Below, piece after piece: positions 17,112-26,109 of a stretch of 64,000 nucleotides of DNA. The position numbers were made by a program, and so were the translations under genes. This DNA comes from a virus (taxonomy: Duplodnaviria > Caudoviricetes), in the IMG/VR virus record IMGVR_UViG_2930461776_000001, positions 23,883 through 87,882 of that record; one strand, written 5' to 3'. Position 1 is the first letter of the stretch. Each line of letters begins with the position of its first letter. The notes below the pieces were generated by a model, which searched no databases, had not been told where the DNA came from, and saw nothing but the letters and a program-made list of their open reading frames with translations.

Positions 17112-17398
17112 CTGCCCCGCCGTGGGGCCACAAACCCCCACCCGTCGAGGACGTCACCACCTACTGGAACCAGCCCCCGCCCGCCATGTCCCCGCGCTGC
17201 GGCTACTGGATCACCCGCCACCACAACGGCACCTGGCGATCCAACCGGTGGATCAGACGCCAGGGCTACCACGCAGCAGCCGAACAGCTCGGAGTGTGGA
17301 TCTGGGGGTACCTGCATGTGATCCGGCCGCTGATCGATGAAGAAGATGAGAGCCTCTCACCTGCGCGAATCCCGGCGAATAGATCCATATCCCAGTAG
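17108..17398 (+). CDS. Hypothetical protein
   Basis: ATGA coupling; Trp-rich. Confidence 0.5.
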   Translation: MTAPPWGHKPPPVEDVTTYWNQPPPAMSPRCGYWITRHHNGTWRSNRWIRRQGYHAAAEQLGVWIWGYLHVIRPLIDEEDESLSPARIPANRSISQ

Positions 17399-17472
17399 AA
17401 TTAGGGCAGTTGAGACCCCGGCGGATGCTGCGAACATCCCCGGGGCGCGGCCGACCTTCCAAGGAGATCGAC

Positions 17473-18126
17473 ATGGGTAAGGGTAGACCGTTCATACCCG
17501 CACACGAACGGCAGAAGAGCGAGCGTGAGCGCATAAGGCTCCCGTTCCGGCACCTCGTAGATCCACAGGACCCCTACTACTACGACATCTCTATGCACCT
17601 GGAGATGCAGCGCCGAGCCGGGATCGAGATCGATCAGACCGTTGCCGACAACGCGGTCAAGTTCATCCACTGGAAGCACGGCCTCACCAAGGAGCGCGAC
17701 GAGAGGCGCAGGGCAGTCGAAGCAGCGCAGGCAGCACAAGCCCGAAGTGACGCAGAGGTCTGGCGTGCCCAACGCGAGGCCGCCAGACGATGGAAGACAT
17801 CGCCTGGCATCGTCTACTACATCCTCCGCGGTGCGCTCATAAAGATCGGGACAACCGTCCGACCCCGTCAGCGCTTCGACGCCCTCATGCCCGACGCCGT
17901 GCTGGCCATCGAGCCAGGAGACGCCGAACTCGAACGACTCAGGCACACCCAGTTCGCCGCCCTCCGAGATCAGAAGGTCGGACGCGAGTACTTCACCCCA
18001 GGTCCCGATCTAATCGACTTCATCCGGGAGTTGCGGACCGAGCATGGAGTGCCCGACGTGCCACACGCCTCGCTCATCGATCGGGACACGGCCGATGCGA
18101 CAGTGAAAGACCTGCTCGACCCCTGA
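17473..18126 (+). CDS. GIY-YIG (T5orf172/MUG113-like) nuclease-family protein
   Basis: IVYYILRGALIKIGTT..PRQRF...ELERLRHTQF...REYF; AAGGAG RBS. Confidence 0.8.
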   Translation: MGKGRPFIPAHERQKSERERIRLPFRHLVDPQDPYYYDISMHLEMQRRAGIEIDQTVADNAVKFIHWKHGLTKERDERRRAVEAAQAAQARSDAEVWRAQREAARRWKTSPGIVYYILRGALIKIGTTVRPRQRFDALMPDAVLAIEPGDAELERLRHTQFAALRDQKVGREYFTPGPDLIDFIRELRTEHGVPDVPHASLIDRDTADATVKDLLDP

Positions 18127-18140
18127 CCTGCGCGAGCCGC

Positions 18141-18195
18141 TTGTGCTACAGGCGATCACCCCTGTAATCTCCAAAACGACATAGGACACGTGTCC
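18141..18195 (+). promoter_or_regulatory. Putative late promoter with palindromic sites
   Basis: TTGTGC-18 bp-TAATCT; TACAGG/CCTGTA inverted repeat in spacer; GGACACGTGTCC palindrome at 18184-18195. Confidence 0.55.
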
Positions 18196-18208
18196 CCCCA
18201 GTCACATG

Positions 18209-18241
18209 AACCCCCGCCGTGAGGATCCCGGCGGGGGTTTC
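18209..18241 (+). terminator. Promoter-proximal terminator
   Basis: AACCCCCGCCG / CGGCGGGGGTT stem followed by TCT. Confidence 0.65.
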
Positions 18242-18261
18242 TGCATGCCCCGGGAGGTGTC

Positions 18262-18564
18262 GTGGACGGCTCCGCAAGTGAAGCCCGATGGAAAGCACTC
18301 GCCGAAGTCCAAGACGATGTCGGCGCCGACGTCCTCGGCGACCTCTGGAAGGCGGCTGAAGCCGCAGGCGTCATGCCCAACACGCTGCGCGTCTGGATGA
18401 CCCGCGGCAAGCTCAAGCCCCTCTTCGGAGAACGCGGCCAAGAGGTCTTCCACATTCCCACCGTCATCGCCATTGCCGAAGCCGGGCGATCCCGCAACAT
18501 CCCCAAGGACCCAGCCGCCAACGCGCGCGGCCCCCACAAGCGGCGGCTCCAAGCAGCCGCCTGA
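18262..18564 (+). CDS. MerR/excisionase-like HTH protein
   Basis: KAAEAAGVMPNTLRVWMTRGKLKP; GGGAGG RBS. Confidence 0.75.
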   Translation: MDGSASEARWKALAEVQDDVGADVLGDLWKAAEAAGVMPNTLRVWMTRGKLKPLFGERGQEVFHIPTVIAIAEAGRSRNIPKDPAANARGPHKRRLQAAA

Positions 18565-18678
18565 TCTCCCTGCTGCTGTGGTGCGGCGCAGGGCCGGGCC
18601 TAGAAGCGCCACGCGCTCGGCCCACCGTCCGCCCGGTCCTTGTGGGGGACCGGGCGGGCAACAACCTCTGGAGGTGCC

Positions 18679-18936
18679 GTGGCCGCCGTCTACCGGTACG
18701 AGATCCCCGTCGACGACCGCTGGCACCCCCTCCAGTTCGATGGGCCAATCCTTCACGTCGCGTGTCGCAACATGCACGTGGTCGAGGTGTGGGTGATGAA
18801 CGCGCCCGGCCCGAAGCCGACGCGGAGCTTCCGCGTCTACGGCACCGGCCACTCACTGCCACCCGACCTCGAGTACGTCGGGACCGCACTCGCGCCCGGC
18901 GATCAACTGGTCTGGCACCTCTTCGAAACCGCCTGA
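18679..18936 (+). CDS. Conserved small phage protein (DUF7352-like)
   Basis: VYRYEIP...ILHV...VW...FRVYGTGH..P...YVGT...LVWHLFE. Confidence 0.75.
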   Translation: MAAVYRYEIPVDDRWHPLQFDGPILHVACRNMHVVEVWVMNAPGPKPTRSFRVYGTGHSLPPDLEYVGTALAPGDQLVWHLFETA

Positions 18937-18939
18937 ACC

Positions 18940-19114
18940 CGGGGCTGGCCGCTCATCCAAGCCCCGCACGTCCCGCCGCCCGCCATCCCCCATGCCATGG
19001 GCGGCGGGACCCCGATACGCAGGGGTGCCGGATGCTCCGGCGCAGCGCCTGGTGGGGAGCCCCAAGCGGTGTAAGTCCCATCGCGAAGCGCCAACGACTC
19101 CCCGGCACCCTTGC
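18940..19114 (+). ncRNA. Candidate structured RNA / leader element
   Basis: Three consecutive stem-loops, the last about 96 nt long and closed by GCAGGGGTGCCGG / CCGGCACCCTTGC; no known family recognised. Confidence 0.35.
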
Positions 19115-19161
19115 CCTCACCTCTCCCGCGCCACGCGGCGCACACCTGAACGGAGTCCGCC

Positions 19162-19608
19162 GTGGCCAACCTGACATTCAACCAAGCGCTCGGCCGCGTA
19201 GCCGCGCTCGCCGCCCTGCCCGCCACGAACGACGCCCTCATCGCCGTCCCCCTCGAAGCCACCGGCCTTGTCACCGACGCGACCATGCGGGACTACGACA
19301 CCCTCGACGCGATCCTCTCCGGCGCTTCCAACGAGCAGACCACCATGGGCCGCAAGACCCTGGCCTCCGTCACTGTCACCGTCGACGACACCAACGACCG
19401 GGTCGCGATCGACTGCGCCGACATCACCTGGACCGCCCCCACCGGCAACGCCGTCGGCGCTCTCGTCATCTGCTACGACCCGGACACCACCACCGGCACC
19501 GACGTAGACCTGATCCCGCTCACGAAGCACGACCTGGCGCTCACCCCTGACGGGAACAACTTCTCGCTGACCGTCGCAGACTTCTTCCGGGCCAGCTCCA
19601 CCGCATAG
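19162..19608 (+). CDS. Putative virion structural protein (accessory fibre module 1)
   Basis: Thr/Asp-rich beta protein (TVTVDDTNDR...DITWTA); GGAG RBS. Confidence 0.7.
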   Translation: MANLTFNQALGRVAALAALPATNDALIAVPLEATGLVTDATMRDYDTLDAILSGASNEQTTMGRKTLASVTVTVDDTNDRVAIDCADITWTAPTGNAVGALVICYDPDTTTGTDVDLIPLTKHDLALTPDGNNFSLTVADFFRASSTA

Positions 19609-19623
19609 CCGGCGGGAGGCGCC

Positions 19624-20721
19624 GTGGCCACGTTCACCGACGACTTCAACCGCGCCAACACCTCGGATCTCGGCGCCGGCTGGGTCGAGGTGTCCGGCGA
19701 CTGGTCCATCGTCTCCAACCAGCTCTCGCCCGGTTCATCCGGCGGGACGATCATCCTGCGCGCCTCCGGAGCGATGGACAGCAGCGACCACTCCGCGCAG
19801 GTCAAGATCGCCGCCACGACAGCGGCCAGCCAAGGCGTGTGGTGCCGCGGCAACAGCAACATCAGCTCGGGCTATCTGTGGCGCAACGACGGCAGCTCCT
19901 GGGATCTCTTCTCCGTTGTCGGCGGCAGCTTCACCGTCATCGGCACCTACGCGGCCGCCGCCGCACCCGGCGATGTCGCGAAGGTCCAGGCCGTCGGGTC
20001 AACGATCAAGGCTTTCGTCAACGGCGTTGAGAGGGTCTCGCTCACCAACACGCACGTAACCACGGGCACCAGTGTCGGCCTCCGCTCCGAATCAACCAAC
20101 GCGATCCGCTTCGACGACTTCACTGCAGCCGACGTCACCGCCGGCGCAACCCTCGACGTCGCAGCCTCCACAGAGACCGCACAGACACTCGCCGGCGCCA
20201 AAGCCGCCACGCTCGGGATCGCAGCCGCCAGTCACGCAGCGCAGGCGCTCACAGGCTCGAAGAGCGGGGTACTCAGCGTCAGCGCCAACCTGGAGACGGC
20301 GCAGGCCCTGAGCGGCCTGAAGGCCGCCGCCCTCGACCCCGCGGGCGGCGCCGAAGCTGCCCAGCCCCTGACCGGCGGCAAGACGAGCGTGCTCGGTATC
20401 GCGCTAGCAGGCGCCGCGGCGCAGGCCCTCGTCGGCGCGAAGACCGCTTCGCTGACCACTGCCGCCACGATCGAGACCGCCGAGCCCCTCACGCTGGCCG
20501 CGAGCCTCAACCTCGCCACAGCGGCAGCCACCGAAGCAGCCCGGCCACTGACTGGCGCCAAGACCGCCACGCTCGCCCCGGCCATCGAGGGCAGCACCGC
20601 GAGGCCACTCGCCGCAGCCGGCCCCGACGAAGACGTCGACCTCACCGTCGGCGCGCCGTACAGCCCATGGCAGGCGGGCACGCCACACGGCAGCGGCTGG
20701 GAGGTGGGCACCCCATGGTGA
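19624..20721 (+). CDS. Putative fibre protein: lectin-like N-domain plus eight 20-aa repeats
   Basis: FTDDFNRAN...RFDDF domain; repeats such as ATLDVAASTETAQTLAGAKA with 60-bp period. Confidence 0.7.
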   Translation: MATFTDDFNRANTSDLGAGWVEVSGDWSIVSNQLSPGSSGGTIILRASGAMDSSDHSAQVKIAATTAASQGVWCRGNSNISSGYLWRNDGSSWDLFSVVGGSFTVIGTYAAAAAPGDVAKVQAVGSTIKAFVNGVERVSLTNTHVTTGTSVGLRSESTNAIRFDDFTAADVTAGATLDVAASTETAQTLAGAKAATLGIAAASHAAQALTGSKSGVLSVSANLETAQALSGLKAAALDPAGGAEAAQPLTGGKTSVLGIALAGAAAQALVGAKTASLTTAATIETAEPLTLAASLNLATAAATEAARPLTGAKTATLAPAIEGSTARPLAAAGPDEDVDLTVGAPYSPWQAGTPHGSGWEVGTPW

Positions 20722-21002
20722 TCCCCAGCACCTCCACCGAGTTCGTGCACGTGCCCGTCACAGTGCCCGCCGGCGTCGACACGGGATCAACCCCGGTGCG
20801 GATCGCGGTCGTCGCCCACCGCGCCAATCCCGATGACGACGAATGGCACACCGCAGCCTGGGCCGGCAGCGACGCCCGCGTACTTGTCGGCCCCGGCACC
20901 GACCTCGTCCTCACCGCAGGCGACTACCGGGTGTGGATCGCCGTCGACCCGCCCGGCGCCGAGAACATCGTCCGCCAATCCGGAGTCCTCTCCGTCACCT
21001 AG
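20715..21002 (+). CDS. Small Ig/BppU-like structural protein
   Basis: Beta-rich; LTAGDYRVW motif; overlaps upstream stop. Confidence 0.65.
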   Translation: MVIPSTSTEFVHVPVTVPAGVDTGSTPVRIAVVAHRANPDDDEWHTAAWAGSDARVLVGPGTDLVLTAGDYRVWIAVDPPGAENIVRQSGVLSVT

Positions 21003-21586
21003 CGAGCGATCGGCGGAGTGCGTTCCGGTGCCGGAGAGCGGGAGATATTCCGGAGACCGGTTGCGTGACGCTCGACGATCCAGCGGCCTATATCTAGGCG
21101 ACGGGCGATACTCGCGTAGCTCTCCCCGGCGGCGAGTCCTTCATCAATCTTTGCGTCGATCTCTGGCGTGGTGGCCAAGGGGCGGCCACGGGGAAGATTC
21201 TTCTCCTTAAGGTCCGTCATGTTCTCCTGGTGAGTCCCCAGGAACCAGTGCCGGGGGTTGTGGCACCACCCGTGATCGCAGGTGTGGCACACGTGGAGGT
21301 CTCCCGGGTCCTGCCCATGGGCGATCTCCCAGCCGACCCGGGTGGCGATACGAGTCTTGCCCCTCCATCGGAAGGCCCCGCGGTCCACGCTGGCGTAAGC
21401 GCCTATCCAAGGCCAGCATTCGTCAGGCCCCCTGCGATCCACCTTCTCGTGGTAGCGCTGCACGGGGGTCTTCTTAGGCGCCGAGGCGAGCGGATCTCCG
21501 AAACGGTGCCAGCGCAGGTAATGAGAGCGGCACCAGCCTCGCGATTGAACGTGAATTGGGTTCTCGCAACCTTCGATTGAACACAT
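20999..21586 (-). CDS. Free-standing HNH homing endonuclease inserted antisense
   Basis: CSIEGC...CRSHYLRW; ECWPWIG...VCHTCDHGWCHNPRHWFLGTHQENM; C-terminal HTH. Confidence 0.9.
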   Translation of the reverse strand: MCSIEGCENPIHVQSRGWCRSHYLRWHRFGDPLASAPKKTPVQRYHEKVDRRGPDECWPWIGAYASVDRGAFRWRGKTRIATRVGWEIAHGQDPGDLHVCHTCDHGWCHNPRHWFLGTHQENMTDLKEKNLPRGRPLATTPEIDAKIDEGLAAGESYASIARRLDIGRWIVERHATGLRNISRSPAPERTPPIAR

Positions 21587-21619
21587 GCCTGCATTTTATT
21601 TGATAACGCGCCCGAAAAG

Positions 21620-22015
21620 GTGGTGTTCGTCATTAGCGATAACCTTTCGAATACGGCCGAGAACCGGGCCCTGGATTGGCTGATGGGCGGAAGCCCCACC
21701 CCGCCGGACCCGGACATGAAGGTCGCCCTCGTCACCGCGGCAGGTGACGACGCCACTGCCGGCACCGAGGTTGTCGGCGGCTCCTACGCCCGCCAGACCC
21801 TCACCGTTGGCGCCGCATCCGGTGGAGCTGTCTCCAACTCGGCAGACCTGGTGTTCTCCGGCATGCCGGCGTGCACGATCGTCGGCTGGGAAATCTGGGA
21901 CACCGCCGGCACCCCGGTCCGCTGGTGGTACGGGCCCCTCGACACCAACCGGACGCTCCTGGCTGGTGATGAGTATCGGATTACGGCAGGGAATCTCGAC
22001 TTGTCGATCAGCTGA
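21620..22015 (+). CDS. Putative virion structural protein (accessory fibre module 2)
   Basis: DNLSNTAENRALDW...EVVGGSYARQ...SNSADLVF pattern of small phage fibre-associated proteins; start uncertain. Confidence 0.75.
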   Translation: MVFVISDNLSNTAENRALDWLMGGSPTPPDPDMKVALVTAAGDDATAGTEVVGGSYARQTLTVGAASGGAVSNSADLVFSGMPACTIVGWEIWDTAGTPVRWWYGPLDTNRTLLAGDEYRITAGNLDLSIS

Positions 22016-22027
22016 TCGGAGGCGTGC

Positions 22028-23143
22028 ATGCCCTCCCTATCGACCTTGATCGACGACTTCAACGACGCGACGATCGGGCCGAACTGGGGCAACAGCTACG
22101 GGGGAGTCTCCGAATCCGGCGGCAAAGCCCACGTCCCCTGCGGCACCGGCTACGCCGGTTACCAGACCGCCTACAGCTGGACCCTTGCAGGCGCCACCTT
22201 CTACGTCGCGGTCACCACTGTCCCGGCCGCGTCGACGGCCACCGAGGCCTACGCGTCGGTGTTCGTCAACCATCCGGACATTGCCACCAATGGCACCCGC
22301 ATCGGCTTCGTCATCAACACCGTCACCGGCCAGTTGAGGTGCAAGAACGACACCGGGTACTTCGACGCGGGCAGCGTCGACCTCACCTACTCGGCGGTCA
22401 CGCACAAGTTCCTGCGGCTTCGTGAGGACGGCACCAACGTCTACTGGGACACGTCGCCCGACGGGACGACGTGGACCAACCGGCGCACCCTCGCCACCCC
22501 AGCCTGGGTGACCGCCTCGGTCGACACCTGCGCCCTGGACCTATCCGCTCACCGCGACGCAGGCACTGCTGACGAGGCGCAGTACGACATGGCGAATACG
22601 TTGTCGGACGGTGCCGTCTACACCGGCACCGCCGCAGGCAGCGCCGAGTCCGGGGCCACCGCGACCGGCATGCTCGCCGCCTCCGGCTCCGCCACCGGCA
22701 GCGCACAGTCGAACGCCACCACCGTCGGCCTCACCGTCGTCCACGGCACCGCAACCGGCAGCGCGCAGAGCGACGCGAGCGCCACAGGCGTAGGCGACAC
22801 GCTTCCGGAGGTGGCTGGATTGACCGCCGGAACCTGGGACTTGAAGATCGAGCAGGGCGCCACCTTCGTCCAGACCTTCACCGCCCTCGACGACGGCTTC
22901 ACCTGGGACGGCTGGACCGCCCGCGCCCAGATCCGCTCCGCACCCGCCGACTCCGGCGACCTCCTCATCACCCTCACCCCCTACCTGACCGTCGACGGCC
23001 CGTCCGTGCAGATCGCCCTGCCGGCCACCCAGACCCAGACCCTCACCCGCAACGGCGTGTGGGACCTCGAGATGGTGTCCGGCTCCACCGTCGTGCGCTG
23101 GCTGGAGGGCAAGGTCATCGTGTCGCTGGAGGTGACCAGGTGA
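22028..23143 (+). CDS. Putative fibre protein: lectin-like N-domain, 20-aa repeats, BppU-like C-domain
   Basis: LIDDFND; GTATGSAQS repeats; DLKIEQGATF...ARAQIR...VWDLEM...LEGKV. Confidence 0.72.
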   Translation: MPSLSTLIDDFNDATIGPNWGNSYGGVSESGGKAHVPCGTGYAGYQTAYSWTLAGATFYVAVTTVPAASTATEAYASVFVNHPDIATNGTRIGFVINTVTGQLRCKNDTGYFDAGSVDLTYSAVTHKFLRLREDGTNVYWDTSPDGTTWTNRRTLATPAWVTASVDTCALDLSAHRDAGTADEAQYDMANTLSDGAVYTGTAAGSAESGATATGMLAASGSATGSAQSNATTVGLTVVHGTATGSAQSDASATGVGDTLPEVAGLTAGTWDLKIEQGATFVQTFTALDDGFTWDGWTARAQIRSAPADSGDLLITLTPYLTVDGPSVQIALPATQTQTLTRNGVWDLEMVSGSTVVRWLEGKVIVSLEVTR

Positions 23144-26097
23144 GAGTCCAGGTCACCGGCGACAACGTGCCCGACGCCGTAGTCGACGGCCGCCAAGGAA
23201 TCGTCGTAGAAGCCAACGTCGGCGCCGTCTTCGCCGTCAACGGCCAAGTCGGCTCCGTCAACCTCACCGGCGTCACCGGCTGGGCCAACGTGCAGCGCCT
23301 CGGAGCCGTAGGCAACGGCATCATCGACGACACCGCCGCCATCCAGGCCGTCATCGACGCCTGCCCGCCCGGCGGGACCGTCTACCTGCCCCGCGGCGTC
23401 TACAAGACCACGACAACTCTGGACCTGAAGAACGGCGTCAGCCTGCGCGGCGAGCACGCCAACCTCATGGTCGGCCCCGGCATGACCGGCACCGAATACC
23501 CGTGCTTCATCCAGCCCGCCGCCACCTTCACCGGCACAAGCGTCATCCAGATCATCGGCGACACCGACGGCGGCCACCCGAACATCTCCGGCGAACAGCG
23601 CATCACCGACCTCATGATTGACGGCAGCCTCCTCACCGGCAGCGTTGACGGCCTCTACGCACGCGGCAACGTACAGAACGTCGTCCTCGACAACGTCACG
23701 ATCCGGCAGGCCACCAACAACGGCATCGTCACCGCCTCCCGCTCCGACGGCACCTACCCGTACTCGTGGCGCCTCCACCACGTCATGGTCGACAACTGCC
23801 ACGCCAACGGCATCCTCCTCACCGGCTGCACCGACGTCACCCTCGACGACGTCCAGGCAATCGGCTGCTGGGGGCAGGGCTTCATCCTGGAGAACTGCAC
23901 CAACGGGCAGATGCTGTCCTGCCGCGCCGAATGGAACGGCAGCCACGGCTACCACATCACAGGCGCGTGGGGCGACTGGGCCGGTTCCGGCGGCATGCAG
24001 ATCACCGGCTGCCAGACCGACCGCAACGGCCAGCACGGCCTTCTCGTCGACGCCACCGGCAATACCCCCATCCTCGTCAGCGGATTGCAGACCCGCCGCG
24101 ACGGACGCAACGGCGGCAGCGGAGGCGGAGGCTTCGCCGGACTCGCCGTCATCGGCGCCACCGTCCCCGTAGTCGTGGACGACATCACCTGCTACCCCGG
24201 CGTCGACGACGGCGACGCCGGCACCAACTCGCCTCAGTACGGGGCACGCCTGTCCGGCTCCACCACGGTCCTGCTCGACAACGCCTACCTGCACGCGAAC
24301 ACCGCCGGCCTGCTCGACGACGGCACCAACACGACCGTCTCCTACGGCGCCAACCTCGTCACCGCCGCCGGCGCCACCACGCAGACCGTCCGCACCCTGT
24401 CCAACCCCTACAAGGGCATGACCGCGGCCCGGTACGTCGTCGCCAACAACGCCTCAGCACGCGAGAAGGCACGCGCCGACTACCTCTGCGACGGCATCGC
24501 CGACCAGGTGCAGATCCAGGCCGCGATCGACGCCGTCCAGGCTGAGGGCGGCGGCATCGTCCAGCTGTCCCCGGGCGGCTTCAACATCGCCGCCACCATC
24601 GAGATCAACGGCACCCTCGACGAAAACGACCCCCGCACAGTCACCCTCAAGGGCTGCGGGCAGCAGGTCACCGAACTCACCGTCGCATCCGGCGTCACCG
24701 GCATCACCATCTCCGACTGGGCACAGATCCACCTGGAGAAGCTCTGCCTGTTCATCTCCGGCGCGGGGATCGGCATCAAGTCGATCGGCGTCAACGACGT
24801 CGGCGACAACAACAACGTGTCGTTCTGGCACAGCTCGTTCCGTGACCTGCGGATCAACGGCGGTTTCGTCACCACGGCAACCACGTGGGCCATGGAGCTC
24901 GGCATGCCATGGCGAAGCACCTTCGAGAACATCGAGATCGAAGGCTGCCGCAACGGCATCAAAATCATCAACGACGCGACCATGCAGAACGCAGGCGACT
25001 GCGTCTTCTCCCGGTTCTTCGTCGAGATCGTCGGCGCCGGAGGCTACGCCCTCTACGTCGACTCCATCGACGGCAACATGAACCAGAACACCTGGGTCGA
25101 CTTCGAAGCCGGCGCCGGGACCGGCCGATCGGGCAACACCGGCATCTGGCTCGGCGGCACCGCAGGCACCGCAAGCCAGCGCTTCATCGGCAACCTGAAC
25201 CTCGAACGGTTCGCCACGCTGATCAATGTCGCCAACGGCAACAGCAATGTCTTCGACGCGAACTACATCACCTGCGAGGGCGTAGGAGCCACGAACAAGG
25301 GCTTCGTCACCGGCACGAACAGCTACAACAACACGTTCCGGTCCGCCTACTTCAACATCGCCTCGGGCGACACCGTTCAGGTCATCGAAGACGCCAACAC
25401 CACCTCGAACGCGCCGAACATCTTCGAGCGGATCCGCATCGAGAACAACACCAGCGGAACCGTCACCTACTCGAAGACGACGTCCACCGTCCTTCGGGAC
25501 ATCACCACGTTCAACACCGGCAACGCCATGCCGGACGGGCTGCTTCAGTACCCGCTGAGCACCGTCAACGACGCCACCTTCACCCCCGCCGACCATGGCC
25601 TCGTCGCCTGGACCCACGACCCCGCCACACTCCGGTCGGCGTCCAACGCCACAACGAGCGGCACCGTCTACCTGTGCAAGGTCAAGGTCGTCAACCGTTC
25701 GACGCTGGTGTCCAACGTCATCGTCGGCATCGAAGCAGCCGGAGTCACCCTCACCTCAGGCCAGTGCTTCGTCGGCCTCTACAACAGCAGCGGCACCCGC
25801 CTCGCCGTCAGCGCCGACCAGTCGGGCAACTGGACCTCGACCGGCCTGAAGACGATCGCACTCACCGCTGCACAGACCCTCGCCGTCGGCTCCTACTACG
25901 TCGCGATCCTCGCCGTCGGAACAACCCCGCCACAGTTCGCCATGGGCGCCGGCGGGGCCACCACTGCCAGTGCTGGCCTCACCGCCAGCACAGCCCGGTT
26001 CCTCACCGGCCCGACCGGCCAGACGTCGCTGCCGTCATCGATCACCCTGTCCAGCCAGACCGTCACCTCAGGCGCCCGCTGGGCCGCACTCAGCTAG
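23140..26097 (+). CDS. Tailspike-like protein with two right-handed beta-helix (pectate lyase 3-like) domains
   Basis: NVQRLGAVGNGIIDDTAAIQAVID..GGTVYLPRGVY, then ADYLCDGIADQVQIQAAID..GGGIVQLSPGGF; many N/G ladders. Confidence 0.85.
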   Translation: MRVQVTGDNVPDAVVDGRQGIVVEANVGAVFAVNGQVGSVNLTGVTGWANVQRLGAVGNGIIDDTAAIQAVIDACPPGGTVYLPRGVYKTTTTLDLKNGVSLRGEHANLMVGPGMTGTEYPCFIQPAATFTGTSVIQIIGDTDGGHPNISGEQRITDLMIDGSLLTGSVDGLYARGNVQNVVLDNVTIRQATNNGIVTASRSDGTYPYSWRLHHVMVDNCHANGILLTGCTDVTLDDVQAIGCWGQGFILENCTNGQMLSCRAEWNGSHGYHITGAWGDWAGSGGMQITGCQTDRNGQHGLLVDATGNTPILVSGLQTRRDGRNGGSGGGGFAGLAVIGATVPVVVDDITCYPGVDDGDAGTNSPQYGARLSGSTTVLLDNAYLHANTAGLLDDGTNTTVSYGANLVTAAGATTQTVRTLSNPYKGMTAARYVVANNASAREKARADYLCDGIADQVQIQAAIDAVQAEGGGIVQLSPGGFNIAATIEINGTLDENDPRTVTLKGCGQQVTELTVASGVTGITISDWAQIHLEKLCLFISGAGIGIKSIGVNDVGDNNNVSFWHSSFRDLRINGGFVTTATTWAMELGMPWRSTFENIEIEGCRNGIKIINDATMQNAGDCVFSRFFVEIVGAGGYALYVDSIDGNMNQNTWVDFEAGAGTGRSGNTGIWLGGTAGTASQRFIGNLNLERFATLINVANGNSNVFDANYITCEGVGATNKGFVTGTNSYNNTFRSAYFNIASGDTVQVIEDANTTSNAPNIFERIRIENNTSGTVTYSKTTSTVLRDITTFNTGNAMPDGLLQYPLSTVNDATFTPADHGLVAWTHDPATLRSASNATTSGTVYLCKVKVVNRSTLVSNVIVGIEAAGVTLTSGQCFVGLYNSSGTRLAVSADQSGNWTSTGLKTIALTAAQTLAVGSYYVAILAVGTTPPQFAMGAGGATTASAGLTASTARFLTGPTGQTSLPSSITLSSQTVTSGARWAALS

Positions 26098-26109
26098 GAG
26101 GCCCGCGCC

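Noticed and set aside
18940-19114. tRNA or known self-cleaving ribozyme
   Set aside because: No cloverleaf with T-loop and CCA, and no hammerhead CTGATGA/GAAA core or convincing twister or pistol consensus seen
20140-20620. 60-bp periodic repeats as a CRISPR array or DGR template
   Set aside because: They are degenerate in-frame coding repeats with no constant repeat/unique spacer pattern, and no cas or reverse transcriptase gene is present
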